A stretch of 64,000 nucleotides of DNA from Octopus bimaculoides (lineage: Eukaryota), in the NCBI RefSeq assembly GCF_001194135.2, contig NC_069005.1, positions 16,070,167-16,134,166 of the forward strand, written 5' to 3'. Under the pieces are notes generated by a model that was given only the letters and a program-made list of their open reading frames with translations, was not told the DNA's origin and did not search any database. The position numbers and the translations under genes were made by a program. Numbering within the stretch: position 1 is the stretch's first letter; each line of letters starts with the position of its first letter. Of this stretch, positions 26,076 through 39,610 are shown piece by piece.

Positions 26076-28664
26076 CATCTGATCCAACTCAGTTCAAATA
26101 AAAATGTGACAAAGAAAAAATTGATATTTTTTTTAAAATCAAAACAAAATCAATAATTACTTTGTTCTTTTCACATCCATTTCCCCATGAATTAGACAAA
26201 TACATATTATTGAGGTGTCGTTTTACAGATAGATACCCTTCTTGTATTTACTCGTATTTATGCTTTTCTCCCACTTTGAGTCACATGCAATTGGTAACCA
26301 CTGGCTCTGTTATCCTTTTGTTATGCCTCACTTTCTCTCTCTCCCTCCCATTCTACATATCTTTCATCCCTAAATACTCTTGCAGCCTACAGCACCCCAA
26401 ATTTTCCATCTATCTTCTGATAACTCTTTCTCTTCTATTCACCGTCATCTATACAATACTCATATTTGAATTATTACTCTGAGTGAACAAACACATAATG
26501 GTGTAGAGAGAACTCACTAGGCTTTCAGCTCATTAATGGTGGTGCCGTGATATAATGTAGCCAGAGCACTCTGTAACATGGTTAGTGAATGAGCAGAGAC
26601 AAAACAGAGGTTGAGAAAACCTTTAGTCATGTCAAGGACATAATCTCACAAGTGTTAATACCACGGCTTTTGATAGGAAGAGCACCCAAGAACAGAAATC
26701 AAGCCAAAACTAAAATGTTCACGTGAGGTATGATCCATTGACCTAAATAGAAGGGCATTGATTCTGAACAAGGATTGACTCAAGCTGTAACAATTCATAC
26801 ACCGCCATAGGCAGTGGCGATTAAATGATGAGGATGATGGTATGACCTGAAGCAGCAAAAATGTAAAACTTCAAAAAATGTTTAAGTTTGCACAAATTTA
26901 CGTAGGTTTGGACATCAAAACATATGCTGCTGCATAAGGCTGTGGTTAGGAAATTCACTTTGCAATCCTGTGGCTTGATTTCTACAGCTGGATACCTTTC
27001 CTAACACCAACCATTTCACAGAATGCACTGGTTGCTTTTTGTGCGGCACCAACAGCATTGAAATCACCAAGTAACTCACAAGACAAGGCATTTCAATTGA
27101 GGGTAGATGCAATATTGAGGGAGGAGGCTTTATGTCATGTGATGAGAGGTTAAAGTATGATAGAAGGACAGGAACAGGAATTTTGCAGTAGAAGAGAAAC
27201 GTATCATTACACATCTGATCCAACTCAGTTCAAATAAAAATTTGTGAGAAAGAAAAAATTGATTTGTTTAAAATCAAAAGAAAAGACTCATCAAGCCAAG
27301 TGAAATCACAGTCATGGCCATTGCGAGTGTCATGTAAATGGTACCCGTGAAATCATGGTTGTTTCCAGTGTTATGTAAATGGCACCTGTGCCAGTGGCAC
27401 ATAAAAAGCACCCATTACACTCTTGGAACAGTTGACGTTAGGAAGGGCATCCAGCTGTAGAAACTAGGCCAAAGTAGACTGGAGCCTGGTGCAGTATTCT
27501 GGCTTACCAGTTCCAGTCAAACCATCTAACCAATGCCAGCATGGTTAAAAATTGTATGTTGTATTCCTATACCTCCCATAACTTAGTTGTTGAACAAAAA
27601 GATTTTGATAAAATAAGTTTTGATAAAATAAGAGCATTTCAGCTTATAATTATAATTAGCATAGTACTAAGTTCATTATGATTGAGCTAAAACTATTGAA
27701 GGCAGTGCCTCAACATGGCCTCTGTCCAATGACTGAAAGAAGTAAAAGAAGTAAAAAATGATGTGTGGAATGGGGAGTATGGATGCACATGTGTGTGTGG
27801 GGGGGGATGGTGACTTTGTCAATATGGTTTGATGCCCATTCTATCATCAGTTTTAGTATACAGTGTTATGAACATGAACTCATGGCACCCCTGCATTTCT
27901 GGCAAAAACAGTAAGAGGAGTTTGTCACTGGTTTTTTTCAGTTTCTCGACAATGTTATCAATTGCCGATAAACACCAGAGAAAAAAACACACACACTCAA
28001 TGTGTTATCTTGGGCCCTCAATAGGAGCACTATAACGACATGATAAGATTTAAGCATTTCTAGAGCTGAAGGAACCCATTCTTAGTTAAATCTAGAAACA
28101 GAGAACACAAAAAGAAAGTGTGAGAAAAAGACAAAAATCAACCACAGCACTGGACTGGTATTTTATCAGTCCCAAAAGGATGTAAGACAACACTGACTTC
28201 AATGGGTTTTGAACCCAAGGCAGAGAAAGCCAAACAATGACCCAAAGCAATCCATCCTATACTCAAATGATTCTGCCAACAGGCCACCACAGACACACAC
28301 AAATGCATAGACACACACACACACATATATGTTCACACACATGACAGGATTCCTCACAATTTTCAATGAACTAAAAACCACTCACAAGGTGCTGATCAAC
28401 TTAAAGCTAAGGTAGAACAGTGCCTAGGTTACTGTACAGTGAGATTGAACCAAGAACTACATGGTTTCAAAGTTAACTTCTCAACTACACAGCCAGTAAG
28501 GGACTAAGCACTCTGCCCTCCAACTCTACTTCACTGTTATTAACAGAGTCATTTCCTGCTGCACTTCAACATAGAATAGTTTACTTGTAACCAACAACAA
28601 CCAGTAATCTTGGCAGCCATTCACTTTACACTGTTAAATTTGAATAGTGAATTAATTACAAAGG

Positions 28665-29260
28665 TGTGGCTGTGTGGTAAGAAGCTTGCTTCCCAACCAT
28701 ATGGTTCCAGTGCATGGCACCTTATACAAGTGTTTTCTGCTATAGCTTCAGGTCAACCAAAGCCTTGTGAGTAGATTTGGTTGATGGAAACTGAAAGAAT
28801 CCATCGTGTGTGTGTGTGTCTTTATACCTGTGTTTGTCCCTTCACAACCAGTGTTGGTGTGTTTATGTTTACATCCCACTGTAACTTAGCAGTTCGGCAA
28901 AAGAGCCCACAAAATAAGTACTAGGTTTAAAAAAATAAGTCCGGGGGGGGGGGTCAATTTATTTGACTAAAAACCCCTTCAAGGTGGTGTCCTAGCATGG
29001 CCACAGTCAAATGACCAAAACTAGATATGTGTATGTGTGTGTGTCTCTTTAGTTTGTTCCTCACTCCACCCCATCCCCACCATTTGACAAGTGTTAGTGT
29101 GTTTACATTCCTGTAACTTACCAGTTCGGAAAAAGAGGCAGATAGAATAAGTACCAGGATTTTTTTTTAAATGTACTGAGGCCAATGTATTTAAGACAGA
29201 ATTTTTCAAGGTGGTGCCCCAGCATGGCCACATTGTAATGACTGAAACAAGTAAGAGGTA
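28665..29260 (+). mobile_element. SINE family B plus a second 3' half
   Basis: Head ggtgtggctgtgtggtaagaagcttgcttcccaacc; two successive gcatggccaca...gac ends. Confidence 0.8.
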
Positions 29261-29354
29261 AAAGATATTACAATGACATCAACATTTAAAATAAAATCAA
29301 CTGTATTTTAACTGAACTGACATGTATGTTTAGTTTTATGAATTCTTTTATTCT

Positions 29355-29559
29355 TTTCATTCAGTCATCTGCCATGCTGGAGCACTGCCTTAAGGGGTTT
29401 TAGTCAAAGAAATCGACCCCAGGACTTATTCTTTGTAAGCCTAGTACTTATTCTATCAGTCTATTTCGCTGAACCATTAAGTTATGGGGACGGAAACACA
29501 CTAACATCAGTTATCAGGTAATTGGGTGGGGGCAAAGAAACACAAACATATACAGATAT

Positions 29560-29590
<31 letters not shown>

Positions 29591-29745
29591 CATATATGAC
29601 TGGCTTCTTTCAGTTTCCGTCTATCATATCCACTCACAAGGTTTTGGTCAGCCTGAGGCTATAGTAGAAGACACATGCCCAAGACTGAACCTGGAACCAT
29701 GTGGTTGGGAAGCAAGCTTCTTACCACACAGCCTATGTGCATGCA
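29355..29745 (-). mobile_element. SINE family B
   Basis: Reverse complement of family B with an internal (TA)n. Confidence 0.85.
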
Positions 29746-30153
29746 TGCATGTAAAACTTGTCAGTGTGTATGTACATTCACATCAATTCATATGTGTGTG
29801 TATATAAATGTATGTTTAAACAGGATACAATTTGAAAGTGAAATGAAATTCCCCAAATGATTTTATAGGCTTCATTCTATATGAAATCGTATTTAGGAGG
29901 CAAATAGAAGTGTTAATATATGACTTATGTTGGAATGAGAACAAGAAGTGTCTGGAGGAAGGAACTGAAACTGGCAATCTTCAAATCAGGCTGATTAATA
30001 TGATTTAATGCAGTGGTTCCCAAACTGTGCGCTGCAAGATGTGTTTAGGTGCGCCTCAAAAAAGTAAGATTATATTTCAAAATATAAAAAGTACAAACCG
30101 AAATTCACTAGAAAGTTCATATATAAATATCTAAATGGCAAAAAAACTAAATA

Positions 30154-30381
30154 TTGGGTTGTTCGGGAAGTTCGTACCAACTTTTAAAGGAAAGAAAAAG
30201 GTCAATAAATACTTGCCATTACATTTTTAATCAACCAAATATGAACCATTTTGTTGCACAATGCGTCTCCATCTTTCCTTTAACTTGAAAATACCCTCTT
30301 CCCAGAATTGAAGTGGTTTCATAGCAAATAAGTCGAAAGGTAAGCTACTATAAATCGGCACAAACTTTCCGGACAACCCAA
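30154..30381 (-). mobile_element. Internally deleted mariner (228 bp) nested in the hAT 5' region
   Basis: TIRs ttgggttgttcgggaagttcgtacc and ggcacaaactttccggacaacccaa; TA on both sides; keeps the transposase C-terminus EEGIFKLKERWRRIVQQNGSY. Confidence 0.9.
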
Positions 30382-30894
30382 TACTAAGTTGTAAACTAAG
30401 AATGAGAGATGATTGTGTCATTCAGTTTATTTAGGTTAATTATGGTATGACAGCGTTATTCAATTTTGAATCTGAAGTTTCATCAGGATAAGAACTAAAT
30501 TAGCACCAATCTACTCTCGAAATTGACATCATATGGACATACTGAGTGCACGACTATGTTTCAGTTTATTTCAGTTGTAGCCTCAGCAGTTTTCATTTCA
30601 ATAGTAAGTGAGAAAAATGAACTACAGAACGAAAATACACAATGTTGAACTAAATCTTTTAATATGTCCTCACGCATTGCAGCTCTATTTCAATCTTTTT
30701 CATTTATATAGTGGCGAGAATTTTCATCTTTGCAATTAATTTTGAAAGACTTCTCAAAAGAGTCCAATAATATGTGACACACTGCCACTTTTCACTGGTC
30801 ACTGGTCACTTGTCTAGGTCTCAATTTGACTCTGTTAGTAATCTGTGCTCTTTGTGTGAGACAATTCATATTAACAGACTAAATTACCCATAAA

Positions 30895-32928
30895 ATGGAC
30901 AAGTTTATTAAGAGAAAACATAAGTGTGACGATTATGAATCTGAAAGCAAACATTCGTCAAAAGCCGCTAAGCATAGTAAAAGCTCAACTCAATCATAAA
31001 TATTCTTTTCTACTCTAGGCACAAGGCCTGAAATTTTGTGGGAGGGGTCCAGTCGATTAGATTGACCCCAGTATGCAACTGGTACTAAATTTATTGATCC
31101 TGAAAGGATGAAAGGCAAAGTCAACCTTGGCGGAATTTGAACTCAGAACATGAAGACAGACAAAATGCCGCTATGCATTTTGCCTGGCATACTAATGTTT
31201 CTGCCAGCTTGTCACCTTCATAAATATTGGAATAGCTATTTAAAATTTGGGTTTCATTGGACTGGCAATGAGGATCGACCTCTTCTGCTGTGTGTTGTTT
31301 GTGATGAAAAGATGTCTAACAAAGGCATGTTGTCTAGCAAGTTGAAAAGACATGTTACAGCTAAATAGTCACATCTTCAATGTAAAGATCTGAAATATTT
31401 CGAAAGACTTGAGAAAAAGATGAATGCTTCTGAAAAGGCTCAAGTTGCATCTACTGAGATAGCCAAAATGATTGCACTACACACGAAATTGCATACTTTA
31501 ACCAAGTCAATCACCTTACCCACTTGTAGAAAGATGGTTAAAACCATGTTAGGTGATGAAGCCAAGCAAGAAATAAGCAAAATTCTGATCTCAAATAATA
31601 CAATCCATAGAAGAATTATGGATTTATCTGCTGATATAGAGGAAACTGTACAGAACAAACTTCAGAACTCAGAATTTGCTCTACAGGTTGATGAATCAAC
31701 TGACATTAGTAACAAAGCACAATTACTTACATTTATTCATTTTATTGATGGTAACCAAATCAGAAATCAGTTCTTTTGTTGTGAAGAAATGCTACTCACT
31801 ACAAGAGGTAAAGATATTTTTGATATTTTATCTCCCTACCTTGTAAAATGGAATTTATCCTGGAATTCATGTGTTGGAATATGTACTGACGGGGCACCAT
31901 CTATGATAAGCTCTATTAAAGGTTTTGTATCACTCGTACAACAGCAAAATCCTAATGTTATACATAGTCATTGCTTCATACATAGGGAGGTACTAGTTTC
32001 AAAAACAATACCAATTGAGTTAAAGCAAGTATTAAACCAAGTTGTTGAAATGGTTAATTATATTAAAAGTAGGCCGTTGATGTGTTGCTTATATGAACAA
32101 ATTTGTGTTGATGTGGATTTCCAGCACAAGCGCTTACTTTTACACACAAAAGTCAGATGACTCTCAAAAGGTAAGATGCTACATTGCACACTTGAACTCC
32201 AGAAGGAATTGCATGCATGTTTTAAAGAAGAAAAACAGGAATGCTTCTTGGAATATCTACAATGTGAATTTTGGGTTTCCAAGCTGGAATATTTAACAGA
32301 GATATTTGCATAACTTAATAGTGTGAACACAAGTATGTAAGGTAGAGATGGAAACATTCTCACTTTGACAAATAAGCTGGTTTCATTTAAAAAGAAAGTT
32401 GTAATTTAGAAAACTAGAGCTGAGGGTGGTAACTTTGAAATGTTTCCCTTAATACGTATAAGCTGCATAAAAGAAATGACTCCTATGGTATTTAAACATT
32501 TGACGAATCTGGAATAAAAAATAAACTTTTATTTTCCATCATTGAACACAGAAGAGTATGATTGGGTTCGAAATGCCTTCATAAAAATTCCATCTAATAT
32601 TGGTCTGAGAATATGTGAAGAAGAGGAACTGGCATCTATATCCAGTGATCATGGACTTGAAATCAAGTATGCTGAGTTACTTATTGATACATTTTGGATT
32701 GCTATTATAGGAGAATACCCCTCAGTAGCATAAAAAGCCTTATCTGTTTCAATGCAGTTTTCCACATTGTATTTATGCAAGTTGGGATTTTCAACCTTCA
32801 ATGACATCAAATCCCCAAAAAGAGAGAGGTTCCATTGCATCGAAGAAGAAATGATGGTTTGTCATTTTCAAATGTGTCCCAATATTGAAAAAATTTCCAA
32901 AAAACATCAAGTGCATGTTTCTCATTGA
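30895..32928 (+). pseudogene. hAT (Buster-type, ZBED5/SCAND3-like) transposase pseudogene
   Basis: MDKFIKRK..., BED finger YLKFGF...CVVC...KLKRH, FALQVDESTD, ICTDGAPSM, HCFIHRE, C-terminal dimerisation region; many stops and a SINE insertion. Confidence 0.92.
31005..31217 (-). mobile_element. SINE family C inserted in the hAT ORF with an 11-bp TSD
   Basis: tcataaatatt at 30994-31004 and 31218-31228. Confidence 0.9.
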
Positions 32929-34529
32929 TAATTTTGTTTCATATATTGAATAAAGAATAAGTACATGCAATTTTTCTGTATTTTTAATTATCTTTATATT
33001 ACTTTATAGTTTATGCTATGCTAATATGTATAGAACCCCTTTTGAATAAATTTTAGAATTCATGTACAAAATGCACCAAAATATTTTGACTTCTTGTAAG
33101 GTACGCAGTGAGTAAAAAAGTTTAGGATCCACTGGTTTAATGTATTCAAAAGGTCAGCAGTACCTACACAGAGAAATGTTAACTCAAGACAAAGCAAGCT
33201 GGCTGCTATATTTACCATTCAATTTATTCTATGAAGCAGCTGAACCTACCAACAAATTTCCAACTGATTTTAAAATGAAGAATTACATATTTAAAGCATA
33301 GATTAATATATTTAGTGTAGTAAAAAAAAAAAAAAAGAAATTTGAATCCTTTCTAATAAAGCAAACAATTTTGAGGAGTGAGGAAGTAGACAACACCAAC
33401 CCAAGTGCTCAACTAGTACATATTTTAATGAATGTCAAAGAATGAAAGATAAAGTCAGTTTTGGCTATACTTGAACTCAGTATGTAAAGAGCCAGAAGAA
33501 ATGCAGTTAAGTATTTTGTGTGACACAGTAAAGATTTTGCCAGCTCCATAAAGAGAAGAAAAGTTATGGCTTTAATGACATTTCTTGACAGGGACCCAAG
33601 GGAAAGAACTTCTGAAATTTAATTTTTCAGAGAAATAGAGATGGAGTTTGATCCTTTTGATGTGGTAACAACTCTGAATATGTTCCAACATTTTTTTAGA
33701 CTTCCTCAGTGATGTACAATCTAACACATTCTTACCCAAAGTTGGAATGATTTTGATAGGATATACTTAGTTTTGTTTGTTTGTTTTGCATGTGAGTGAA
33801 GATTTTTTTTAGCTTATTAACAAAATTAAAATAATAACACTGGAAATTTTCCAAGTGGTGCCTTCAACACAAATAACACTGGATATTTAAGCTTGCAGGC
33901 CAACAATGTAGTGATCCAGAAATCATTTTTAATCTACTGAAACTACACTCATAAAGAGAAGAAAAAGACACTAGTATTAATGACATTTCTTACCAAGGAA
34001 AGCAAGAGAAAGAATTTTGAAATTTAAACTGATTTAAAATTTAACCAAAACATGGAAACATAAATGTTAGGGTCAACATGTACCCACAATAAACTGAGTG
34101 AATGTTGATTAGAAATACTGACTGGAAAATATGTTGAGTAACTGACTCCCTCGTGCCTTTGATCTATTCAAGTAAACCAGAGCTATTTGATGACACAACA
34201 TGGGAAGCGACCTTCTTAACCATGCAGCTATACTTCACATAGATTTTCGAATTCACCCACTCTTTTTTGCTATATTTCATTATTTGCCTAAAACGGAAAA
34301 AAATTATCTTCATCTTAGAACTGGATGCACTTCTTGAGACTAACAATTTAACTGTAAAATAAAGTAGAATCTATTTTCAGGCAGCTAGATAGACTGTACT
34401 ATATATATATATCATCATCACTGTTTAATGTCTACCTTCCATGCTGGCATGGATATACGTATATATAGAGGAGAGAGTCATGTGCATCATATGTTACGAT
34501 AACAGTGACTGTATCAAGCTTTGAACTCA

Positions 34530-34819
34530 TGAGCAAAATAGTTTTGCTGAATTCCCCACTGATAAAGCTTTCAGATGGTTTCAAGTTCAGTCCCATTGCA
34601 CACCACCTTCAGCAAGTGTCTTCTACTATAGCCCCAGGGCAACCAATGCCTTGTGAGTGAATTTGATAGACAGAAACTGTGCGGAAGCCTGTCATGTGCA
34701 TTCATAATATTACAAGGGTAAAACATGATTTATCAATTTAGTATTCCTTTATTTCATCTGTTACACATTTCTGTTTTTGATAATCGATAATGTCATATTA
34801 TAAATGTAACTTACAAAGA

Positions 34820-34864
<45 letters not shown>

Positions 34865-34874
34865 NNNNNNNNNN

Positions 34875-34915
<41 letters not shown>

Positions 34916-35310
34916 ATGCGTGTGACTTTGTGTTTGTCCCTCACCACCACCCAAAAACTGAAGTGGGTTCCTTTATAACCCCACAAGTTTGTGGCGAAAG
35001 AGACCAATAGAATAAGTATGAGACTTTAAAAATCTCAATACTGGGATTGATTTGTTCCACTAAATCCATTAAGGAGGTGCCCAAGCATAGCTGTAGTCCA
35101 ATGACTGAAACAAGTAAAAGATAAAAAAAAACTTTTTTAAAGTAATTTATTGCTTGACAACTGATGTTGGTATGTTTATGTCCCGGTCACTTAGCGGTTT
35201 GGCAAAAGAGAACAATAGAATAAGTCCAGGGGTCGATTTGTTCTACTAAAGAGTGGTGCTCCAGCATGGCCACAGTCAAATGACTGAAACAAGTTTAAGA
35301 ATAAAAGAAT
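34530..35310 (+). mobile_element. SINE family B (with extra internal sequence and a gap) plus a 3' fragment
   Basis: gttcagtccc...caagtgtcttctactatagcc; ends gactgaaacaagt at ~35112 and ~35293. Confidence 0.7.
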
Positions 35311-35949
35311 ATGAAGTGAAATAAATTATGATAGTAACATATTTTATTACCTACATTCACTATTATGCAGTCATGTATATATTGTCTTTGTTCTAGAATG
35401 AAAGATCAACAAAATTTATCCATGCATGGGTAAATTTAAACAGATCGTATCATAGTGAGGTGGTACAACAGATACTTTTTTTAGGGTTCTATTCTTCTGT
35501 ATTAAATCCACAAAGACAATATCTTTCTCAACAGCAGTACATTATCAGTAACCTCAATCTCTTCTGTCTCATGAGGCATTTAGTTAAGTTTACATTACAA
35601 TACAAGAGTTCAGCCCTGAGTAAATCCTGATCAAGTAAAGAAAGGCATCCTTACTGTGATCAACTCCACTTTTTATTTTTCAGGCCTACAATATATATAT
35701 ATATCTTCAATATCCTATGTGTCAATTGCCTTTGTGCTAGCATGGTGGTTGGGTATGATTCCTGAAAAGTTTCGCTACAATTTCTAGTAGACAAACAAAC
35801 ATCAATTGATAAAAATGATGAACAATCTTCAACAATTTTCAACAGTTATTGAGGTCTCATCAGAGGTGATTGATCACTTTACCAATCCCAGAGAAACAAG
35901 AAGCTAATCTGTTTATATACACAACAAATCCAGAAAGCTTCAGCGAGTA

Positions 35950-36312
35950 GCTTCTTTTACTTGTTTCAGTCATTTGAATGCGGCCATGCCTTGAAGGTTT
36001 TAGTCAAACAAATCAACGCCAGGACTTCTTTTATTTTTGTTTTTTTAAGCCTAATTCTTCTTCTAACTGTTTCTTTTGCTGAACCACTTAATTACAGGGA
36101 TGTAAACACACCAACACAGGTTGCCAAGCGGTGAGGGGGGGGGACAAACACAGACTCAGAAATATAAGACAGGCGTCTTTGAGTTTCTGTCTACCAAATC
36201 CATTCACAAGGATTTGGTCATCCCAAAGCTGTAGTAGAAGACATTTGCCCAAGGTGACATGCAGTGGGACTGAACACAGAGCCATGTGGTTGGGAAGCAA
36301 GCTTCTTACCGC
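35950..36312 (-). mobile_element. SINE family B
   Basis: Runs from ttttacttgtttcagtcatttgaatgcggccatg to gcttcttaccgcag. Confidence 0.8.
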
Positions 36313-36402
36313 AGTGTAACACTTATTATAAGCATTTAAAATTTAATCTAAAATTTCCTGCCTGTCAACAGAGATCCCAATCCACACAGTGAAACATATA
36401 TA

Positions 36403-36447
<45 letters not shown>

Positions 36448-36969
36448 TTATATATATATATGTGTGTTATAATTTAGAACAAACAGTAAGTTGTCACTAT
36501 AGTACTTGGAGTTTCGAATGTCGGAGTGAAGACCTATGATGCATTCTCAACAGATGCTATGGAAAAAACCGTTGAATAAAAGAGAAGTTACTCTAATAGG
36601 TAGGAAAAAAGATTAAAAATACAGGCAACCATATTCTCACAATACATAGACGTAACCCTCCTGCGTTCATAATGTCTACATACATACACTCACACAAACA
36701 TGTACATGCACATGCACACACAAACAAGTATGTGCATGTACGTACTCATACATACACACACATCCACACATGTATATATATTTATGTATATATGTACACA
36801 ACTTCAACCTCATATACACATAAGTGTTTGCATGCATGCACATAACATAATACATATATATTTATACATGTAAATATACGTGTGTATATATATATATATA
36901 TATATATACAGGCATACATTCACACTCCCACATACACACACATATATATGTACATATATATATATATAT

Positions 36970-37417
36970 GAGGCGATGACTACGGACCGAGACCTTTGGA
37001 AATGGGCTGTGCGTGAGAAGACCCGGCAAGCCAAGTAAGATCGTTGCCAGTGCCCCTGGACTGGTTCTTGTGCGGGTGGCACATGAGATGCACCATTTTG
37101 AGCGTGGCCGTTGCCAGTACCGCCTGACTGGCTCCTGTAGGATTTTCGAGCGAGATCGTTGCCAGTGCCCCTGGACTGGCTTGTGCGGGTGGCACATAAA
37201 AGACACCATTTCGAGCGTGGCCGTTTTCGTGCGGGTGACACGTAAAAGCACCCACTACACTCTCTGAGTGGTTGGCGTTAGGAAGGGCATCCAGCTGTAG
37301 AAACTCTGCCAAATCAGACTGGAGCCTGGTGTTGCCATCCGGTTTCACCAGTCCTCAGTCAAATCGTCCAACCCATGCTAGCATGGAAAGCGGACGTTAA
37401 ACGATGATGATGATGAT
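36970..37417 (+). mobile_element. Young CpG-rich SINE-like family D copy inserted in the left PLE arm
   Basis: Internal tandem units and tail gcatggaaagcggacgttaaacgatgatgatgatgat; absent from the right arm. Confidence 0.9.
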
Positions 37418-37855
37418 ATATACACACATACATATATGTACATATATAATATGTACACACATATATATATATACATCCTCCTATCATACACCTACACCCA
37501 CACATATACAAACATATGCATATCCGTAAAAATGAAGGGGATATGTGTATAAAAGTTGCACTTATGCACCGGACACAGTCTTACACTCATATACATACAT
37601 ATACACATAAATACACATGCACACACATATACATATAAAATATATACATACATATACTCACACATGTATACATTCACACAATTAAAAATGAAGAAAAAGA
37701 AGAATGAAAATATATATATATAAAATTTTAAAAAGTTAAGACATATAGGAAATGTGTACAGGAACATAGTAAAAATGTAGATTCTAGCTGTGATTTTGGG
37801 GGTACCAAAACCATAACAGGTATTTTGTCACATGTGGACACAATCCAAAAAGTTT

Positions 37856-39161
37856 TCTATGCATCTATTTCTAGAAAACTGCTGGATAAAGCCCCCACTT
37901 TCACAAGCAATTTTACAGAGATTAGTGAACAGGATAAGGATATAATCCTCCATGCTAGAAAGACCTCACTCTTCAGCAAGAATACAAAGTGGGTCAAGAC
38001 AGCAGACATAGAGAGTTGTTTTGATGTGAGCATGGGATCATATGATGGAGCAGGCATATGTGATCTCATTGGGCTATTCATGCTTGACATGTTAGGAAAA
38101 GCTTTTCCTGGTGTATATTTTGCTATTTATAGGGATGATGCTCTAGCTTTAGCTAAGAATACCAATGGACCAGTGCAAGATCAGTTGAGGAAGGATATTA
38201 TCCATCTTATGAAAACATTTGATCTTAGCATAACAATAGATACCGAGCTGACGGTTGTCAATTACCTTGATGCATCTCTAGATTTACAAAAGAATATTTA
38301 CAAACACTATAGAAAGCCCATGTACGTTCTTGCCACCCCATCCATAGTGTTTAAGAATTTAGTTAAGAATATTAGTAGAATTTCTAGCCTCTCCTCCAAT
38401 AAAAACATATTTAATAATGCTGCCTGACTATATAACAATGGGATTCAAAGAGGAAATAGCTTACTCACCTACTATTAGGCTAGAAAGAAAGAAAAGAAAA
38501 TTATGTGGTTCACATCCATTTACTACCCTGAAGTGACCTTTAATCTAGGTAAATATTTCTTGTCACATAGATAAACATTTTCCAATACATCATAAATATA
38601 GGAAACTCTTTTATAGGCATAACCTAGAAATTACTTTTAGTTCAACCCCAAATTTTGAAAAAATAATTATACACAATGCAAAACAACAACATGAAGCCAG
38701 CTGTTCCTGCAGGGATAATGACTTGTGCCTGCTAAATGGAGCTTGTATGACCAAGGCCATTATTTATGAAGCCACCATAAATTCTACAAATGCTAATAAC
38801 ACAGTTTCATCAAAGAGCTATGTGGGTTTCACAGAGGGAAATTTCAAAGCAAGGTTCAATAATCATACCTTAAGCTTCAGACACTGGAATAAACAAAAAA
38901 CTACCAAATTATCCAGTTATATATGGTTCTTAAAATAACAAGGAGTCAGCTATAGGATTTACAGGAAAATCTTAGCAAAGTATAAACTTCATTCCAACGG
39001 TAGTAGCAAGTGCAGTCTTTATAATAATGGAAAGATGGCTCATCTGGAAAAGTTCCTTGGACCCCTCTATATGTCTAAATTCAAGAACTGAACTTCTTGG
39101 ATCATGTCCATATGGGACAAAATACCTGTTACAGTTTTGGGCCCTGCAAGATCATGGCTAG
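37856..39161 (+). pseudogene. Penelope-like reverse transcriptase (C-terminal half) plus GIY-YIG endonuclease, disrupted
   Basis: FYASIS...HARKTSLF...WVK...FDVSMGSYDGAGICDLIG...YRDD...VNYLDASLDL...YRKP; then SCSC...C...C...IIYEA...YVGFTEGNFKARFNNH...LSSYIW...C...CPYGTKY. Confidence 0.92.
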
Positions 39162-39467
39162 AATCCACATTTTTACAATGTTCCTGCACAAGTTTCCCAT
39201 ATGTCTTAACTTCTTTTAATTTTCATTTTCTATATATATTTTTCATTTCTGTTTTTCCTTTTTAATTGTGTGAATGTGTACGTCTGTGAGAATATGTATG
39301 TATATATTTTATATGTATATGTGTGTGCATGCGTATATGTATGTATATGATTGTTAGACTGTGTCTGGTGCATAAGTGCGACTTTTATGCACATGTCCCC
39401 TTCATTTATATGGATATGTATATGTGCGGGTGTAGGTGTCTGATAGGAGGATGTATATGTGTATGTA

Positions 39468-39511
<44 letters not shown>

Positions 39512-39565
39512 CACATATCTATACATATGTATATACATTTATGTGGGAGTGTGATTGTATGCCTG

Positions 39566-39610
<45 letters not shown>

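Larger units (their letters stand above)
30011..33134 (+). mobile_element. Complete hAT transposon of Buster/Charlie type (3.1 kb including nested inserts)
   Basis: TIRs cagtggttcccaaact 30011-26 and agtttaggatccactg 33119-34; 8-bp TSD atttaatg / gtttaatg with central TA, the Buster target preference. Confidence 0.93.

Noticed and set aside
31420-32160. 246-aa ORF as a domesticated ZBED5/SCAND3-like gene
   Set aside because: Flanked by in-frame stops, a SINE interrupts the N-terminus, and TIRs and TSD are intact: a dead transposon.
35821-35872. Minus-strand CUGAUGA-gac...gtt-GAAA resembling a decayed hammerhead
   Set aside because: Stem III has no valid pair after A15.1 and stem I pairs only with gaps; at best a heavily decayed relic.
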